Shown: positions 61,268 to 64,000 of the stretch, in pieces
Layout of the letters: every line of letters begins with the position of its first letter
How positions within the stretch are numbered: the stretch's first letter is position 1
Assembly (NCBI GenBank): GCA_040954595.2
Contig: CM082577.2
Location: forward strand, 4,340,305 to 4,404,304
Reading direction: 5' to 3'
DNA length: 64,000 nucleotides
Source of the DNA: Balanoglossus misakiensis
Taxonomy: Eukaryota > Animalia > Hemichordata
Made by a program: the position numbers and the translations under genes
The notes under the pieces: generated by a model
What the model saw: only the letters and a program-made list of their open reading frames with translations
What the model was told of the DNA's origin: nothing
Databases searched by the model: none

Positions 61268-64000
61268 GAACAGGGCCAGCATCGCTACTTTCCATGATAG
61301 TTTTAAAAATGGACAACAAGCAGTAAATTATGCGGAAATGGGAGCGGCGACGCCCAAATATAGCCACCGGGCTTTCTAGGTACTCAAAGCCGGCATTGTT
61401 GTCGGAGTTCTCGCCTTCATTTGCCGAAGAATCTTGTCCCCTGGACGCGACCTTTCAATCCTAAAATATGACAAGAGTCGAAAAATTCACGAATCCGCGA
61501 AAAAGACTAAGTACGGATAACAGTCATTTCTTTCCAAAACTTTTCAATAACATTTTAAAGTAACGGGCGAATTTTACCGACGAAATCCCGATATATCGAC
61601 TCGTTTCGGCTCGTTCGAGTGACAGTAAAGGGGTAATCATGCGTGCGCAAACACTGTCCGCGAGTTCCAAATCTCGGTCAGGGGAACGAGGTGATATTTT
61701 GCAGCACTTCGCTCGACGTGTCTGATAAGTTTACAGAGCGGCAAGGGCTGACGACCTTTTGTTTAAGGGTCAGGGTCCACTGGCGATGGCCAGCTTGTTA
61801 GTGTATTCACACACACGAACTGTTCCATCACGACAATTGTAAACTCAAAGCTTTGTTTGTTGGAATTCCGGCAAGAAGTCACTTATACCGCGCAATTATT
61901 GAGCGTTAAATTGTGCAATATAACCTCTCTCCACCCCGTCACCCGCAGCTTCAAAAACAGAAATTGACAGCTGAAGATATTACTGCCACGGACGGTAGAA
62001 AGAGTTGATTGTGCTTGAAGTTTACACAGGTCCCTGATTGTATACTGTCACGGTTCTCTGGCTTGTCCAGTCAGATCACAGTTGCCCAGAGTGCCCCACT
62101 ATATTATATATACTAGGTGAATCTATCCATGCCACCGACTCATTGCTGATGTAGATATACATATTGTAGGAGACTTCTGCGAAGAGAGAAGATCTATTTG
62201 ACTGGTACGGCGCACCGGACATTCTCCAGAGTCACGTGACGAACAACCTGAGATCTATATGAACCTTCCGGATTTCGGAAGAAACCCAAGTTCATGACCA
62301 CTGCTACACGTTTGCCACACGACCGAAGGTTACAAAAACAGGTTTCCAACTCCACTCCTACAAATTCCTCTGCTTTGAGAGACAAAGGCTTCCCCGTATG
62401 ACAGATTGCCTGGAACGCCCATTATAATGTCTGGCATGTTTGTATGAGGGACTTCACGCCCATTAAAGATGCACTAAAATATTTTAAAAGTCTGTGTCGA
62501 TGGATGTTATCAGACTTCTCCCAGACCAACAAAGGGGACAGTGGCCATCACGAATTAATGCTTAGAGAGCATTAGACACAATTATAATAACATCGAATAA
62601 CATGAATCTGTATTGGTTTGCAGCTCGGTAATGACGGAGTCCCATCAAAAATTCCTTGGAAGAACACTGGTTGATATACGTGCCGACATATTGTATTTAT
62701 GAAGCCCCGTCAACCATTTGTCAGTTTTTTGGGGGGGCTGAATTGTTTATCAACCGTCTAATTGCCGTGTTGGTGCAAATGTGGTTTTGACGGTTGGTTC
62801 ATGCTCCGTCCGCTCTGCCTTGTCGAGTCAGGTACGAAAGTGAATGTGCAGTTGCCATGACTGTTTGCTTTTGGGTGTGGTTGTAATGGATTTTAAGTCT
62901 TAATTGACGGATATGTGTGGGCGAGTGAACTTTGACCTCAACATTTACTAGTAACCTTCAACTTCACCGCGTTGTGATCACGATGGGAACTTGTCTGTGC
63001 AAATAATCGTGGTCATTTCATAATTGAACACCTTACATAACGCAATTCGGCCAATTTTCATGACAATGGTCTCGACAATACGCACATCGGGGCGCGGTGG
63101 CATGCTTAGAACAATGCGTCGGTAATTGGACTTTCGGGTCCGAAAGTTGCCATGGTGACGGCTTGACACACAGTAATGGACGGTTTCGAACGTTGCAAAT
63201 TCGCCCGACTAGAGTAGACGACCTCCGGCGGTTGCCAACAGAACGATCGTTTACACTCTCAGTAAACGTATTGATTTTTGTGTCTGCAAATTTACTGGTC
63301 ATCGTCACTGCATTACACGTTGCATGTAACCAAGACCTTGTGAAAAGTTGAAATTTGTAATTACACAGCCAGGACAGTAATATAACCTCAAGTTTGTAAG
63401 TCCAACAGCATGGTGAAATCTAGTCCATTTTTTTTCGCCCGAGTAAACGTATTGTCGTTTCAAACTAAATTGGCATGGCTTAGAGTTCAACATTGAATAA
63501 CACCGTAGGCACAAGCTTAATGTACATGCGTTGTCCCGGTTCTGCATGGTGGCTATTTCAGGTTTTGCACAGTTTGTATTTGATGGTCGAAAACGTTTCT
63601 GGCCAGAGGGTGTGTAGAGTTTACTTGGGCCCTGCGTAGTGAGTACAGTTTCTTCTGATACTCGAGTTGAGTTGAACTGTCCGATATTTAGTCTGGTAAC
63701 TCACAACAAACAGCACATAACACAAAAGAACGCGTTATTATTTTTTGCTAATTCAGTTTACCAGTAAGTCCGTTTTCGTGCTAACCTGTTAACAGTTACA
63801 CCTTAACTGTTATTTATGTTTATCAGGGCACAAAACGAAAAAGTTCGTGCAGGAATTTCAATGGTTTCTAGAATGAATGTGCGATGTTTTGTAAATTTAA
63901 CGTTTTGAGACTGTGCTATGCTCCGGTTGACTGAAGGAGTGCGCCGATCAAACAAACCCACCTGTTGAGTTTTATTGTCTGTACTGTACTTGTAACAAGT

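Noticed and set aside
56378-63547. Short ORFs upstream of the EGF gene
   Set aside because: No recognisable domains or consistent splice structure; lengths are as expected by chance.

Overview
Eukaryotic genomic DNA with many spliceosomal introns; gene content suggests a marine invertebrate deuterostome (inference only). Hand-assembled gene models: (1) WDR90/POC16 on + (38 exons, 118-21055; first exon upstream of the window); (2) a 4-exon, 119-aa secreted PAN/apple-like protein on + (22268-32348), whose first intron is about 99% filled by a ~9.2-kb, 87-bp-unit satellite with symmetric layers and higher-order structure; (3) a 53-exon type I membrane protein of ~2,240 aa on - (33545-56046; signal-peptide exon not located) with the architecture activin-receptor/BAMBI-like three-finger domain, EGF, CUB, truncated EGF, 37 EGF, CUB, 10 EGF, TM, short tail; (4) a tRNA-Thr(AGT) gene nested antisense in an intron of gene 3. 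Also a 143-bp palindrome overlapping a candidate WDR90 poly(A) signal, a TTAA-flanked MITE-like element and microsatellites. The most interesting candidate is gene 3: a kinase-less TGF-beta type I receptor-like ectodomain on a long fibropellin/Notch-like stalk. All family assignments come from motif recognition, not database searches.
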